This document shows positions 33,799-44,105 of a stretch of 64,000 nt of DNA, piece after piece. The first letter of the stretch is position 1. Every line of letters begins with the position of its first letter. Origin of the DNA: Candidatus Multivoradales bacterium (GTDB lineage Bacteria > Acidobacteriota > Thermoanaerobaculia > Multivoradales > Multivoraceae); NCBI GenBank assembly GCA_965223325.1, contig CBDCWI010000002.1, positions 4,160,001 through 4,224,000 on the forward strand, read 5' to 3'. The position numbers were made by a program, and so were the translations under genes. Below the pieces are notes generated by a model. It searched no databases. It saw only the letters and a list, made by a program, of their open reading frames with translations, and was not told where the DNA came from.

Positions 33799-36700
33799 AT
33801 GTCCTGCCAGCCCTTGTTCCCCCATTCACCCCTCGTGCAGACGCGCCGCGTGCCCCGGCGCATTGTCCGGTTCGTTGTCCTGGCAGCTGGGCTCCTCGGC
33901 GCTGGCCTCCTCTCCCCTGGCCTTCTGTGGGCCCAGGTCGATCCTCCCGCGTTCAGCGTTCCGGGTGGGCACTACGACCAACCCTTCGATCTCTCGATCA
34001 CCGGCAGCGGCGTTGTGCGTTTCACCACCAACGCCTCGACCCCAACGGCTTCGAACGGGTCCGACTTCGCCACCGACCTCGAGATCTCGGAGACGACGGT
34101 AGTGCGCGCGGTGGCCGTCGGCAACGGCGAGGAGAGCATCGTGGTCACCCACACCTATATCTTCCCCGCTGCGGTGGTTTCACAGCCCGATGTCATTCCG
34201 AGCGGCTACCCGGCCTTGTGGGCCGGCTACACCGCCGACTACGGCATGGACCCGGAGGTGACAGCGGTTGATACAGAGCGCGTCGAAGCGGCCCTTCGCG
34301 CTCTTCCCAGCGTGTCGTTGGTGACCGATATCGAGCACCTCTTCGACGACGAGACTGGCATCTATACCAACAGCACCCAGAGCGGGGTGCTCTGGGAGCG
34401 GCCGGTGTCGCTCGAACTTCTGTTTCAGGATGGAACCCGGCATTTCCAGAACGCTGGAGTTCGCATGCAGGGTGGCGGGAGTCGCCGGCCTGATCGCTCT
34501 CCGAAGCACAACTTCCGCCTGCTCTTCAAGGGGGAGTACGGGCCGGCCAAACTGGAGTACCCACTGTTCAACTCAACAGCGGCAGGCGCCAAGGTCACCG
34601 AGAAGTTCGACACCCTCGTTCTGCGTGCGGGTTACAACAACAGTTGGCTGCACTTCAATTTCGCCTCTCAACACTGGGGAAGTGAAGACCAGCGCCTGCA
34701 AGCGCAGTATCTGCGCGACGAAGTCGTGCGGCGACTGCAGCGCGACATGGGCTATCAGAGCGCCCACGGCCGCTACGTCCACCTCTATCTCAACGGTATG
34801 TACTGGGGGCTCTACAACATCGTCGAGCGACCGAGTGCGCCCTTTGCGGCCGATTACTTCGGCGGCGACAAGGAAGACTGGGATGCGCTCAACTCGGGCG
34901 AGGTGATCGATGGCGACCCGGCGGCCTGGGAGGCGACGAAGGCAGCGGCCGACGCTGGCCTGGCCGACACAACGAACTACGCGGCGCTTCAGGAATGGAT
35001 CGACATCGAGAGCTTCAGCGACTACATCATCCTCAATCAGTGGATCGGCAACCACGACTGGTGGTGGCAGAACTGGTACGCCGCGCGGAGGCGCGTGCCG
35101 GGTGCCAAGTGGCGCTTTTTCAATTGGGACAGTGAGCACACACTCGAGGATCCGAACGAGGAGCGTTCGGTGACCTACAGGTACTGGCCGGCGCCGACCG
35201 GGATCTTCGAGAGGTTGCGCGAGAACCCCGAGTTCCTGATGACCTTTGCCGACCGCATCTACCGCCACTTGTGGAATGAGGGAACCCTCGAGAGTGCCGC
35301 CGCGAGCGCGGTCTACTCTGAGATCGCCAGCCGCATCGACCTGGCCATTGTCGCCGAGTCGGCGCGCTGGGGCGACTACCGTCGCGACCTGCACCCGGGC
35401 GAGAAGTCGCAGTTGCTCTACACCCGAGATGAACACTGGGTCGTCGAGCGCGATCGCATCCTGGCCGAGTTCTTTCCCCATCGCACCACCGCCTTGATGG
35501 CGATCTATCGAGAGCAGGGCCTCTATCCGAGTCTCGACGGCCCGGTGATTGAACCCTGGGGCGGAGTCGTCGCTGCCGAGCAGGCGGTGTCGCTTGCCCA
35601 CGAGAACGGGGGCGGCACGCTCTACTACACCCTCGACGGGAGCGATCCGCGTCTCGCCGGCGGCGCGCTTGCACCAGGCGCACTCGAGTACCAGGGCGCC
35701 TTCACCGTCGGTGCCGGGGGCCGAACGGTCAAGGCGCGAGTGCTCCAAGGCGGCGAGTGGAGTGCACTTGCAGCGGCCGGCTTCCTGCCGATCGCTGCGA
35801 CCTCTGTGGTCATCAACGAGATCAACTACAACGGCAGCGAACTCAACGATCCTGGCGACTGGGTAGAACTCCACAACCCGGGTGATCAGGCCGTCGATCT
35901 CTCGGGCTGGTCGTTCAACGATACGAGCGGCACCTTCATCCTGCCAGCGGGCACCGTGCTTTCAGCCGGCGGTTATCTGGTGCTTGCCGAGTCGAGTGCC
36001 GAGTTTGCCTCGGTCCATCCCGGGGTGCCTCACCTGGGAAATCTCCTCTTCGGCTTCTCGGGCGCGGGTGAACGCCTCCAGTTGCGCAACGGTGAGGGTA
36101 CGGTGGTCGATTCGGTGACCTACAGCGACGATGTCCCCTGGCCGACCCTTCCCGACGGCAACGGCCCGACGCTCGAACTGCTCGATGCCGCGAGCGACAA
36201 CGGAGTCGCCGAGAGTTGGTTCGCGTCACTCGACCCCTTCGGCACGCCGGCGGCCGAGAACTCTGTCACTCGTTTCGATCCCTGCGAGGAGCCTCCCCCT
36301 CAACTGATCATCACCGAGATCCACTACAACTCCGCTCTGGCCTTCGAAGTCGGCGACTGGGTCGAGATTGCCAACCCCACGGCTTCGGTCGTCGACCTTT
36401 CCGGTTGGCGCTTCGAGGACGAGGACCACGTCTTTGAGATGGCCGCCGGGGTGAGCCTTGCTCCCGGTGAACTCCTGCTTCTGGTCGAGGACAACGCTGC
36501 CTTCGAAGCGGGCTATGGCGTCCTCGAGCAAGTGGGCGGTGTGTTCGGTTTCGGCCTCAGTGGCGGCGGTGAGCGCATCGCCCTGTCATCGCCGACCGGT
36601 TGCCTGGTCGACGCGGTCGAGTACGACGATGCGCTCCCCTGGCCGCTCGCAGCGGACGGCGGCGGCGCATCGCTCGAGCTGCTCGACTGGTATCTGCCAA

Positions 36701-36843
36701 ATGAGAACCCCTCTTCGTGGCGTGCTTCAACGGTCATGGGCGGCACTCCTGGCGAGGTGAACTCGGTCTTCCAGACGCTCAGCTCGGATGGGTTCGAAAC
36801 CGGTGACCTGAGGCACTGGACCTCGGCCTTCAACGAGCGCTAG
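33799..36843 (+). CDS. Secreted CotH kinase-family protein with FN3-associated and two lamin-tail domains
   Basis: YVHLYLNGMYWGLYNIVER, WRFFNWDSE, VINEINYN/IITEIHYN LTD repeats; C-terminal SDGFETGD. Confidence 0.88.
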   Translation: MSCQPLFPHSPLVQTRRVPRRIVRFVVLAAGLLGAGLLSPGLLWAQVDPPAFSVPGGHYDQPFDLSITGSGVVRFTTNASTPTASNGSDFATDLEISETTVVRAVAVGNGEESIVVTHTYIFPAAVVSQPDVIPSGYPALWAGYTADYGMDPEVTAVDTERVEAALRALPSVSLVTDIEHLFDDETGIYTNSTQSGVLWERPVSLELLFQDGTRHFQNAGVRMQGGGSRRPDRSPKHNFRLLFKGEYGPAKLEYPLFNSTAAGAKVTEKFDTLVLRAGYNNSWLHFNFASQHWGSEDQRLQAQYLRDEVVRRLQRDMGYQSAHGRYVHLYLNGMYWGLYNIVERPSAPFAADYFGGDKEDWDALNSGEVIDGDPAAWEATKAAADAGLADTTNYAALQEWIDIESFSDYIILNQWIGNHDWWWQNWYAARRRVPGAKWRFFNWDSEHTLEDPNEERSVTYRYWPAPTGIFERLRENPEFLMTFADRIYRHLWNEGTLESAAASAVYSEIASRIDLAIVAESARWGDYRRDLHPGEKSQLLYTRDEHWVVERDRILAEFFPHRTTALMAIYREQGLYPSLDGPVIEPWGGVVAAEQAVSLAHENGGGTLYYTLDGSDPRLAGGALAPGALEYQGAFTVGAGGRTVKARVLQGGEWSALAAAGFLPIAATSVVINEINYNGSELNDPGDWVELHNPGDQAVDLSGWSFNDTSGTFILPAGTVLSAGGYLVLAESSAEFASVHPGVPHLGNLLFGFSGAGERLQLRNGEGTVVDSVTYSDDVPWPTLPDGNGPTLELLDAASDNGVAESWFASLDPFGTPAAENSVTRFDPCEEPPPQLIITEIHYNSALAFEVGDWVEIANPTASVVDLSGWRFEDEDHVFEMAAGVSLAPGELLLLVEDNAAFEAGYGVLEQVGGVFGFGLSGGGERIALSSPTGCLVDAVEYDDALPWPLAADGGGASLELLDWYLPNENPSSWRASTVMGGTPGEVNSVFQTLSSDGFETGDLRHWTSAFNER

Positions 36844-36870
36844 TCGAGGAAGGCCCGCCTGGGCTCTAGC

Positions 36871-37992
36871 TCAGCCAGGAGTCAGGTCGTCGACGATCTT
36901 CTGCAAGGCCTGTTCGCGGCTCGACTCACCGTCGAGGTAGGCCGTCCAATGTTTCCGCACGACGGCTGCGGCCTCGCCCTCCCGTTCGTAGAGCGGAGCG
37001 ATGTCGCCACGGGTCGTATCGCCGTAGGCCTGGTGGTCAGGGTCATAGATGCGGCGCATCGTGTTCTCGGCCTGCACGAACATCACCAGATGCGGAACGT
37101 CATGCAGCCTGCGGTCGTTCTTCTCGACGCCGGCCTCTTCGAGCATCTGGCGGAGTTGGGTGAAGGCGTCTGCGTCGCCGTCCGAGGCGAGGTCGATTAC
37201 GTGGCAGACCTCGTGGAGCACGGTCTCTTCGAGGTCGGAGAACGCGTCGTTCTCGAGTAGCGCGGCGATCGACATCACGACCACCGGGCCGTCTCTGGTG
37301 CGGTAGGTGGTGGCGCCGGGCGGTTGGGTGTCAACGACCAGAGTCAGTGGGATCCTGACGCCTGGGTCTTCGATGCCCAGGGAGTCCAACATGTAGGCCA
37401 GCGCCGTGCGATGTTTTGGCATGAACTCCCGCTCCAGGCGGTCCCGCACTGCTTCGATGCGCGCCTTGCGTTCCGGCCAGTTGTTCTCGAGGACCTCAGG
37501 CCAGACTGCCTCCATGGCCGCAGCCATCGCCTTTCCCGGGCCCCTGATCGGAATCGTGCCGCCGGCGCGACTGGGAATCGATTCGGCCCGCTCGTTGAAC
37601 CAGAGCCCGAACTCTTGCGGTGTCAGAGAGAGCAATCCGGCAAGGTCGAACCGCCAGAAGCCTCCGAAGGTGCCAATTTCCTCCTGTACTGGCATCCAGG
37701 CGTCGACGATGGGGGCCAGTGCCGGATTGGGTTCCGCGATTCCGGCCGCCTGAGCACGAACCCGGAAGTAGAAGTCCGAAAAGGGCTCGACCCTGAGGTC
37801 GACGCGCGAGAGACTCTCTTCGAAGCCGTTCGGTGAGGTTGAGATCGTCGGGCTGGTCTCTTCGGGAGCGCTAGCCAGGCTCCCGCAGCCAGCGGAAAGC
37901 CCGCCGAGAGCGAGACTCGCGAGGAAGAGGGCGCTGGCGACATAGAGACTCGGTGCCGGTTTTCTGCAAGGAGGGGAACTGTCGCTTCGCAT
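36871..37992 (-). CDS. Hypothetical lipoprotein with HExxH motif
   Basis: SAGC lipobox-like motif; VLHEVCH. Confidence 0.65.
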   Translation of the reverse strand: MRSDSSPPCRKPAPSLYVASALFLASLALGGLSAGCGSLASAPEETSPTISTSPNGFEESLSRVDLRVEPFSDFYFRVRAQAAGIAEPNPALAPIVDAWMPVQEEIGTFGGFWRFDLAGLLSLTPQEFGLWFNERAESIPSRAGGTIPIRGPGKAMAAAMEAVWPEVLENNWPERKARIEAVRDRLEREFMPKHRTALAYMLDSLGIEDPGVRIPLTLVVDTQPPGATTYRTRDGPVVVMSIAALLENDAFSDLEETVLHEVCHVIDLASDGDADAFTQLRQMLEEAGVEKNDRRLHDVPHLVMFVQAENTMRRIYDPDHQAYGDTTRGDIAPLYEREGEAAAVVRKHWTAYLDGESSREQALQKIVDDLTPG

Positions 37993-38117
37993 GGAACTTC
38001 CATTGATCGATCGGTTCTGGGGTCGGTCCGAGAGCCTACCCTTTCGACTGGCGGCGGGCTCCGGTACATTCAGGCGACCCCGCCCCAAACCGTTCAACCG
38101 CCTGCGAGAGCCCAGCC

Positions 38118-39677
38118 ATGACGGATCAGGAGACCCCCGACTACCTCGAGGCCTTTGCTGCGAGCCAACCAGACAAGCCAGCGCTCATCGATGATCGGCC
38201 CGACGGCACGCTTCACCAGTGGACCTACGCGGAGCTCAACCGGCGGGTCAATGTCCTGGCCCATGCCATGCGGCGCGCGGGGATCGAGGCCGGTTCAACG
38301 ATCCTCTGGTGCGGTCAGAACTCACCTGAGGTGGTGCGTATGGTCCAGGCGGCAAGAAAGAGCGGTGTCACCGCCGTGCCGGTCAACTATCGGTTGTCGC
38401 CAGAAGAAGCGGCCTACGTCGTCGACAACTCCGATGCCACCTTTGCCTGGATCGATGCCGAGTTCGTCTCGCTCTTCGAGAGCATCAGGAGCGCGACGCC
38501 CAAGCTCGAGCGCACGGTGGTCTTCGATGGCGAGCCCGGCGTTGGAATGGAAGGAGCCGAGGACTTTCTCGCCGCTTCGAGTGACGAGAACCCCGCGAAG
38601 GTCGACGTCGAGCCGCGAACGATGATCTACACCTCGGGAACGACCGGGCAACCCAAGGGCGCGGTGCGCACGGGTCAAGGCAACCCCGAACAGCTGGGCG
38701 CGATGATCGCGCTCCTCGGCTACCGGCCCGATGAGGTCTACCTGACCACTGGCCCGCTTTATCACTCGGGTCCGGGGGGGTTCATGGGCATCTCCTACCT
38801 GCAAGGCCATACGATCGTCCTGCAGCGTAAGTTCGACCCCGAGGACTGGCTGCGGTTGGTCGATAAGTACAAGGTGACCTGCACCTTCTCGGCTCCGACG
38901 CCAATTCGCATGATCTGCAACGTCGACGAGGCGACGAAGAAGCGCTACGACACTAGCTCCATGCACATCATGGTGGCCAACGCGGCCCCCTGGTCGTTCG
39001 CCCTCAAAGAGGCCTACCTCGCCGATTTCCCAAGCGACTCGCTGTTCGAGGTCTACGGCTCGACCGAAATGGGCGTCAACATGATCCTCGAGCCGAAAGA
39101 CCAGCTGCGCAAGCCTGGTTCGTGCGGCAAACCGGCGCCGCTGCTCGAGGTCAAGCTGATCGACGAGCACGGCAACGAGGTGACCGAGCCGAAAGTACCC
39201 GGCGAGGTGTTCGTCAAGAGCCGCAGCATGTTCGACACGTACCACAAGGCCGAGGACAAGTACGAAGCCGAGCGTCGCGGCGACTTCCATACGGTCGGCG
39301 ACATTGCCTACATCGACGAAGAGGGCTACTACTTCATCTGCGATCGCAAGAAGGACATGATCATCTCGGGCGGCATGAACGTCTACCCAGCCGAGATCGA
39401 AGCCGCCCTCGAACAGCATCCGAAGATCTACGAGGCGGCGGTGTTCGGTATTCCCAGCGAAGAGTGGGGTGAGACCGTACACACGACCGTTGTCGCCAGA
39501 CCCGGTGAAGTCATGAGTGAGGACGAAGTGAAAGCCTTCTCGCGCGAGCACCTGGCGAGCTACAAGGTGCCGCGCTCGATCGCCTTCCTCGATGAGCTTC
39601 CCAAGACCGGCTCGGGCAAGGTCCTGAAGCGCGCCCTGCGCGAGCCTTACTGGGCCGGGCAGGATCGCAACGTCTAG
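38118..39677 (+). CDS. Acyl-CoA synthetase (AMP-binding)
   Basis: YTSGTTGQPKG, YGSTE, GDIAY, LPKTGSGK. Confidence 0.93.
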   Translation: MTDQETPDYLEAFAASQPDKPALIDDRPDGTLHQWTYAELNRRVNVLAHAMRRAGIEAGSTILWCGQNSPEVVRMVQAARKSGVTAVPVNYRLSPEEAAYVVDNSDATFAWIDAEFVSLFESIRSATPKLERTVVFDGEPGVGMEGAEDFLAASSDENPAKVDVEPRTMIYTSGTTGQPKGAVRTGQGNPEQLGAMIALLGYRPDEVYLTTGPLYHSGPGGFMGISYLQGHTIVLQRKFDPEDWLRLVDKYKVTCTFSAPTPIRMICNVDEATKKRYDTSSMHIMVANAAPWSFALKEAYLADFPSDSLFEVYGSTEMGVNMILEPKDQLRKPGSCGKPAPLLEVKLIDEHGNEVTEPKVPGEVFVKSRSMFDTYHKAEDKYEAERRGDFHTVGDIAYIDEEGYYFICDRKKDMIISGGMNVYPAEIEAALEQHPKIYEAAVFGIPSEEWGETVHTTVVARPGEVMSEDEVKAFSREHLASYKVPRSIAFLDELPKTGSGKVLKRALREPYWAGQDRNV

Positions 39678-39857
39678 TACCCCGTACCATTGAAACGCAC
39701 AGCGTCTGCGCGGTCCTCGCGCTCGATCTCTGTGTTGTCACTCCTCGACAGATCACCAATATGCCTCTGTCGTGACGCCTTGATCTCGAGCACGATCATC
39801 CGCTCAGCCACTATCCGTTTCAATGGTACGGGGTACTAGCCAGTGCCTTAGCGCGCC

Positions 39858-41375
39858 TTACGAAAAACGCTCGCGCAGCTCGCGCTTCAAGATCTTGCCA
39901 ATGCCACTCTTGGGCAGGTCGTCAACGAACTCGACCCGCGACGGGATCTTGAACTTGGTGACTGCCGCCGCCGCAGCCTCCTTGATGTCGTCGGGCTCGG
40001 CGCTCTTGCCGGGCTTGAGTGAAACGACGGCGCAGAGGTCCTCGCCGTAGGTGTCGTGGGGCAGCCCGATGATCGCGCACTCGGCGACGGCGGGATGTTG
40101 GTAGATCGCCTCTTCGATTTCGCGCGGTGAGATGTTCTCACCGCCCTTGATCACCAGGTCCTTTTTGCGATCGGTGATGAAGACGAAGCCATCTTGGTCC
40201 ATATAGCCGATGTCGCCGCTCCTCAGCCAACCCTCGACCAGGGCGGCGGCCGTCGCTTCGGGCTTGTTCCAGTAGCCCTTCATGACATTCGGGCCCTTGA
40301 TGCAGATCTCCCCCCACTCGCCGCGCTGGAGCTCACGGCTCGCGTCGTCGAGGATCGCGACGTCGACTCCCGGGATGGCGCGACCGACTGATCCTGGTCG
40401 GTAGTCTTCGTCGGGTGCGTAGCCGGTGGCCGAAGGAGCACACTCCGACATGCCGTATCCCTCGCGGACTTCGCAATCGAACTCGCGCTCGAACTCGAGG
40501 CGCAACTCGTTGGGGAGCGCGGCGCCCCCAGAGGCAATCTTCTTGAGTGGGCCGGTGTTGTACTTCGCTCTTTCAGGAAAAGTCAGCATGTAGGTCAGCA
40601 TCGTCGGGACCACGGACATGCGCTGGATTTCGTACTTGTCGAGGTGAGAGAAGACGGCTTCCATGTCGAACTTTGGCAACAGAGCCGACACCGAACCCAT
40701 CTTGTAGCCCAGGTTCATCATCAGCACGCCGAACGAATGGCTGAGCGGCAAGACGTGCAGGTTGCGCTCGAAGGGTTCGACGTCGGGGTTCATTCCGGCG
40801 ACCGACAGGGCGTTGCTGAGCATGTTGCCGTGGCTCAGCATGACGCCCTTGGGCTGGCCGGTCGTTCCCGAAGTGTAGAGAAGGAGCGCCAGATCGTCAG
40901 CTGCCCGATCTTCGAGGTGATCGATCGGTAGCGCACCGGCGGCGGCCTCGACCAGTGGCGAGATGTCGGTCGTACCACTTCCCTCGGCGGGTCCAAAGGT
41001 CAACACGCTGAGTCCCTCGATGCCTTCGGCCGCCGCTTTGATGACCGGAGCGAGCACCGGATGGGTGATGACGGTGCGAGCTCCCGAGTCGGCCAGGAGG
41101 TAGGCAACTTCCTTCGGGCCGAGCTGAGGAGTGACCGGGATGATGGTGGCGCCGAGCTTCCAGATCGCCTGAAAGGCGCCCGTGACTTCGGGAGTATTGG
41201 GCATCATCACGACGACCATGTCGCCGATGCCGATTCCGCGGTCGCGAAGGACGGCGGCCAGGGCGGCAGACCACTCGGCCCGCTGGGTATTGGTGAACTC
41301 CTGGCCGGCGAAGTAGAGGGCGGTGTACTCGCCGTACTTCTCCAGGTTGTCGAGCGACAGGCGTCCTACGTTCAT
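39858..41375 (-). CDS. Long-chain fatty acid-CoA ligase
   Basis: YTSGTTGQPKG, GYGMSE, SGDIG, LPKSGIGK. Confidence 0.93.
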   Translation of the reverse strand: MNVGRLSLDNLEKYGEYTALYFAGQEFTNTQRAEWSAALAAVLRDRGIGIGDMVVVMMPNTPEVTGAFQAIWKLGATIIPVTPQLGPKEVAYLLADSGARTVITHPVLAPVIKAAAEGIEGLSVLTFGPAEGSGTTDISPLVEAAAGALPIDHLEDRAADDLALLLYTSGTTGQPKGVMLSHGNMLSNALSVAGMNPDVEPFERNLHVLPLSHSFGVLMMNLGYKMGSVSALLPKFDMEAVFSHLDKYEIQRMSVVPTMLTYMLTFPERAKYNTGPLKKIASGGAALPNELRLEFEREFDCEVREGYGMSECAPSATGYAPDEDYRPGSVGRAIPGVDVAILDDASRELQRGEWGEICIKGPNVMKGYWNKPEATAAALVEGWLRSGDIGYMDQDGFVFITDRKKDLVIKGGENISPREIEEAIYQHPAVAECAIIGLPHDTYGEDLCAVVSLKPGKSAEPDDIKEAAAAAVTKFKIPSRVEFVDDLPKSGIGKILKRELRERFS

Positions 41376-41450
41376 GCTGACTCCGCTGGTGATGAGGCTG
41401 AAAGGGCGCTCCACGATACCGCGACTTCGAGAGTGGTCGGTGGCGGGGAA

Positions 41451-42935
41451 TCAGCCGCTTGGCTCTGCGCCCCCGGCCTTCTCGAGATCTGCCGCCCTCG
41501 GGCGCCTCGGTGCCATCGTGCGGGCGCGGTTGGCGAGTTCGGCCACCAGGTCTTCGATCTCGAGCCGGCGTTCGAGCAAGTAACCCTTGAGGTCGCGCTT
41601 CTTGCGAAACAGAAAGAAGGCACGGACATCGCGCTCGATCTCGCGCCGACGGTCCTTGAGCGCCAGAGCGATCAGCCCGGTCAAGGGCAGCAGGATCGCC
41701 AGCCCCAGTGCCGCCCAGCTTCCCCAGAAGGTATAGGCGAGGGCGATCTGAGCGCCCCAGAAGAGGCCGAAAAGCACGGTGCCAAGAGCGATCTTGGTGG
41801 TGTCGATCTGGTCGGGGCCGCCGGCAAAGCGCGGTGCGAGCGCTCCTGAAAGTCGCCAGGGTGGGTACGATAGGACGATTCCCACCAGCGCAACTGGCAG
41901 AAGAAGTGCCACCGCCGTCAGGTGACGGGCGATGAACCACATGATGCGCTTCGGCGAGTACTCACGACGCAGGTGGTAGTCGGTGATGCCATAGAGCCTG
42001 CGCAGCCGCGCGAACCAGGTGAGCTCGTGTTTGAGCTTGGCGATCTCCTCGGGTGAGGTCTCACGCAGCTCGCGATAGGTGCGCAAGAGGCGCTTGAAGG
42101 TGCGGAAGCGACTCGCCAGGGGAGTCTCGCGTGGGTGGCGGCCGCGCCGGAAGTGGAAGAAGCGCTCGAGCTCCCGGACCAGTCCGATGTCTTCCCAGGT
42201 ATCAGCGTTGAGGGTGAGATCGCGAATCGCCGCTTCGATGCGCGCGGTGAGTTCGCGCACCGGACCCGGAGGCGGAGAAGCGGCGGCTCGGACCTTGTCA
42301 AAACCGTCACCGTCGCTCTCTGACGCAGCTGCGATGGCGTCGTCGGCGATGTCACTCCACGAGACCGGCGGCCCGATCTGGAGCAGCACCCGACTGCGAA
42401 AGCGGCCACGCTCAACGAACGTCATGCCAACCGGGACGATCGCTGCCAGGTCACCGTCACCGAAGTGGTGTCCGAGGGCGATTCGCGCCGCGCCGGTCTT
42501 GACCTCCTGAAGTTCGGGCTCGGAGTGCGAGATGCCCTCCGGGAAGATGAGGAGGGCGTGCCCCTCTTCGAGGAGCTCGAAACAACGATCGAAGGAACCG
42601 CGGTTCTGGGCGGTGTCCGTACCGGGGTCGTGAGCTCGGTACACTGGAACCGCTTGCAGGAAACGCAGCAGATGGCGGAGTAGTGGCTTCTCGAACAGGC
42701 CGCTACGCGCCAGCGGATGGAGGATACGACTCGATGCGTACTGCACCAGCACGACATCGGCGAGCGAGTTGTAGTGGTTCGAGCACACGAGCGCGGCGCC
42801 GGTCGCGGGGAGGTTCTCCTCGCCTACGATTTCGACCTGGCGGTAGAAGGCGCGCACCGCGACCCGGCAGTAGAGGCGCCACAGGCGCACCAGGACCCCA
42901 GATTCGGAGGCTGGTGATCGGCTGTCGGTTGGCAT
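41451..42935 (-). CDS. Phospholipid/glycerol acyltransferase (PlsC family)
   Basis: NHYNSLAD (H-x4-D), FPEG; C-terminal TM segments. Confidence 0.88.
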   Translation of the reverse strand: MPTDSRSPASESGVLVRLWRLYCRVAVRAFYRQVEIVGEENLPATGAALVCSNHYNSLADVVLVQYASSRILHPLARSGLFEKPLLRHLLRFLQAVPVYRAHDPGTDTAQNRGSFDRCFELLEEGHALLIFPEGISHSEPELQEVKTGAARIALGHHFGDGDLAAIVPVGMTFVERGRFRSRVLLQIGPPVSWSDIADDAIAAASESDGDGFDKVRAAASPPPGPVRELTARIEAAIRDLTLNADTWEDIGLVRELERFFHFRRGRHPRETPLASRFRTFKRLLRTYRELRETSPEEIAKLKHELTWFARLRRLYGITDYHLRREYSPKRIMWFIARHLTAVALLLPVALVGIVLSYPPWRLSGALAPRFAGGPDQIDTTKIALGTVLFGLFWGAQIALAYTFWGSWAALGLAILLPLTGLIALALKDRRREIERDVRAFFLFRKKRDLKGYLLERRLEIEDLVAELANRARTMAPRRPRAADLEKAGGAEPSG

Positions 42936-42950
42936 CTCGTTCAGTCGGCG

Positions 42951-43934
42951 CTAAGACCGCCTCCGCCCCAGGGCCAGTGCGAAGAGGTCCTGGTCGTCGG
43001 ACCACCATCCCGCGCTCTCGAAACCGGCAGCATCGAGGAGGGCAAGCGTGCCTTCTTGATCGTACTTGCAGCTGATCTCAGTGAGAAGCGCCTCACCCTC
43101 TGCGAGGTAAAGAACCGTCTCGGCGACTGGCAGGTGAACGGTTTGCACGCGTTCTGACAACAGCCACATTTCAATCCGCTCGGCCCCTGCGTTCCAGACC
43201 GCCTTGTGGCGGTAGAGGTCAGGCTCGAAATTGGTGCCGAAGAGCTGGTTGGTGACCCGCAGGATGTTGCGGTTGAACTCGGCCGTTACGCCTCGCTGGT
43301 CGTCATAGGCACGCAACAAGACGGCGGGGTCTTTGACCAGATCGACTCCGAGGAGAAAGTAGTCCCCTGGATCCATGCCGTCTGCCAGGCGTTCGAGAAA
43401 CCTGAGCGCTTCCGTTCTGCGTTCGAGGTTGCCGATGGTGCCACCGAGAAACACGACGAGTCGCCGTCCGCCCTCTGGGATGGCTCCCAGGTGGTGAAGG
43501 AAATCACCCACGACTCCATGAACGTGCAAGCCGGGGTAGCGAGCGGTGAGTTCCCTGGCTGTGCGTTCGAGGATTCCCGCGCTGACATCGAACGGTACGT
43601 AGAGCCGTAGCGTCATTGCCCGGGCCATCGCGTCGAGCAGAACGCGCGTCTTGTTTGCGGCACCGGAACCGAGCTCGACGAGCTCCTCGGCCTCTGTGTG
43701 TTCGATGAGCTCGCTGGCGACACGTGCCAGCAGACTGCGCTCGGTACGTGTCTGGTAGTACTCGTCTAGGGTGGTGATCTCTTCAAAGAGACGCGAGCCG
43801 TGGTCGTCGTAGAAGTACTTCGCTGAAAGACGTCGCGGTGAACTACAAAGCCCGCGCCGAAGCGACTCGAGCTCTTCTTCAGGGTCTATTTCAGCCAGCC
43901 GTCGATCGATCTGGATGTTGGCCGTGGGAACCAT
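42951..43934 (-). CDS. egtD: L-histidine N-alpha-methyltransferase
   Basis: KYFYDD.GS.LFE.IT.L.EYY, ELGSG, FLG.TIGN, TEISCKY. Confidence 0.93.
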   Translation of the reverse strand: MVPTANIQIDRRLAEIDPEEELESLRRGLCSSPRRLSAKYFYDDHGSRLFEEITTLDEYYQTRTERSLLARVASELIEHTEAEELVELGSGAANKTRVLLDAMARAMTLRLYVPFDVSAGILERTARELTARYPGLHVHGVVGDFLHHLGAIPEGGRRLVVFLGGTIGNLERRTEALRFLERLADGMDPGDYFLLGVDLVKDPAVLLRAYDDQRGVTAEFNRNILRVTNQLFGTNFEPDLYRHKAVWNAGAERIEMWLLSERVQTVHLPVAETVLYLAEGEALLTEISCKYDQEGTLALLDAAGFESAGWWSDDQDLFALALGRRRS

Positions 43935-44105
43935 TGCCGGGCAGACTATCTGGCCAACAGAGCTTCGCGGGACCTGTTTCGCGGGCTGCTAGCATCGGCC
44001 TTCTTCCCATTCAGTTTGTTCGCAGTGCACCGAATCATCGTAGGCGGTGCGCCGCCGCGGAGCGACAGCCATGGCCAGAGTCTCGTTTGTGACCGGAGTT
44101 TCTTC

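Noticed and set aside
42951-43934. Complete ergothioneine cluster
   Set aside because: Only egtD is present; no egtB, egtC or egtE nearby.
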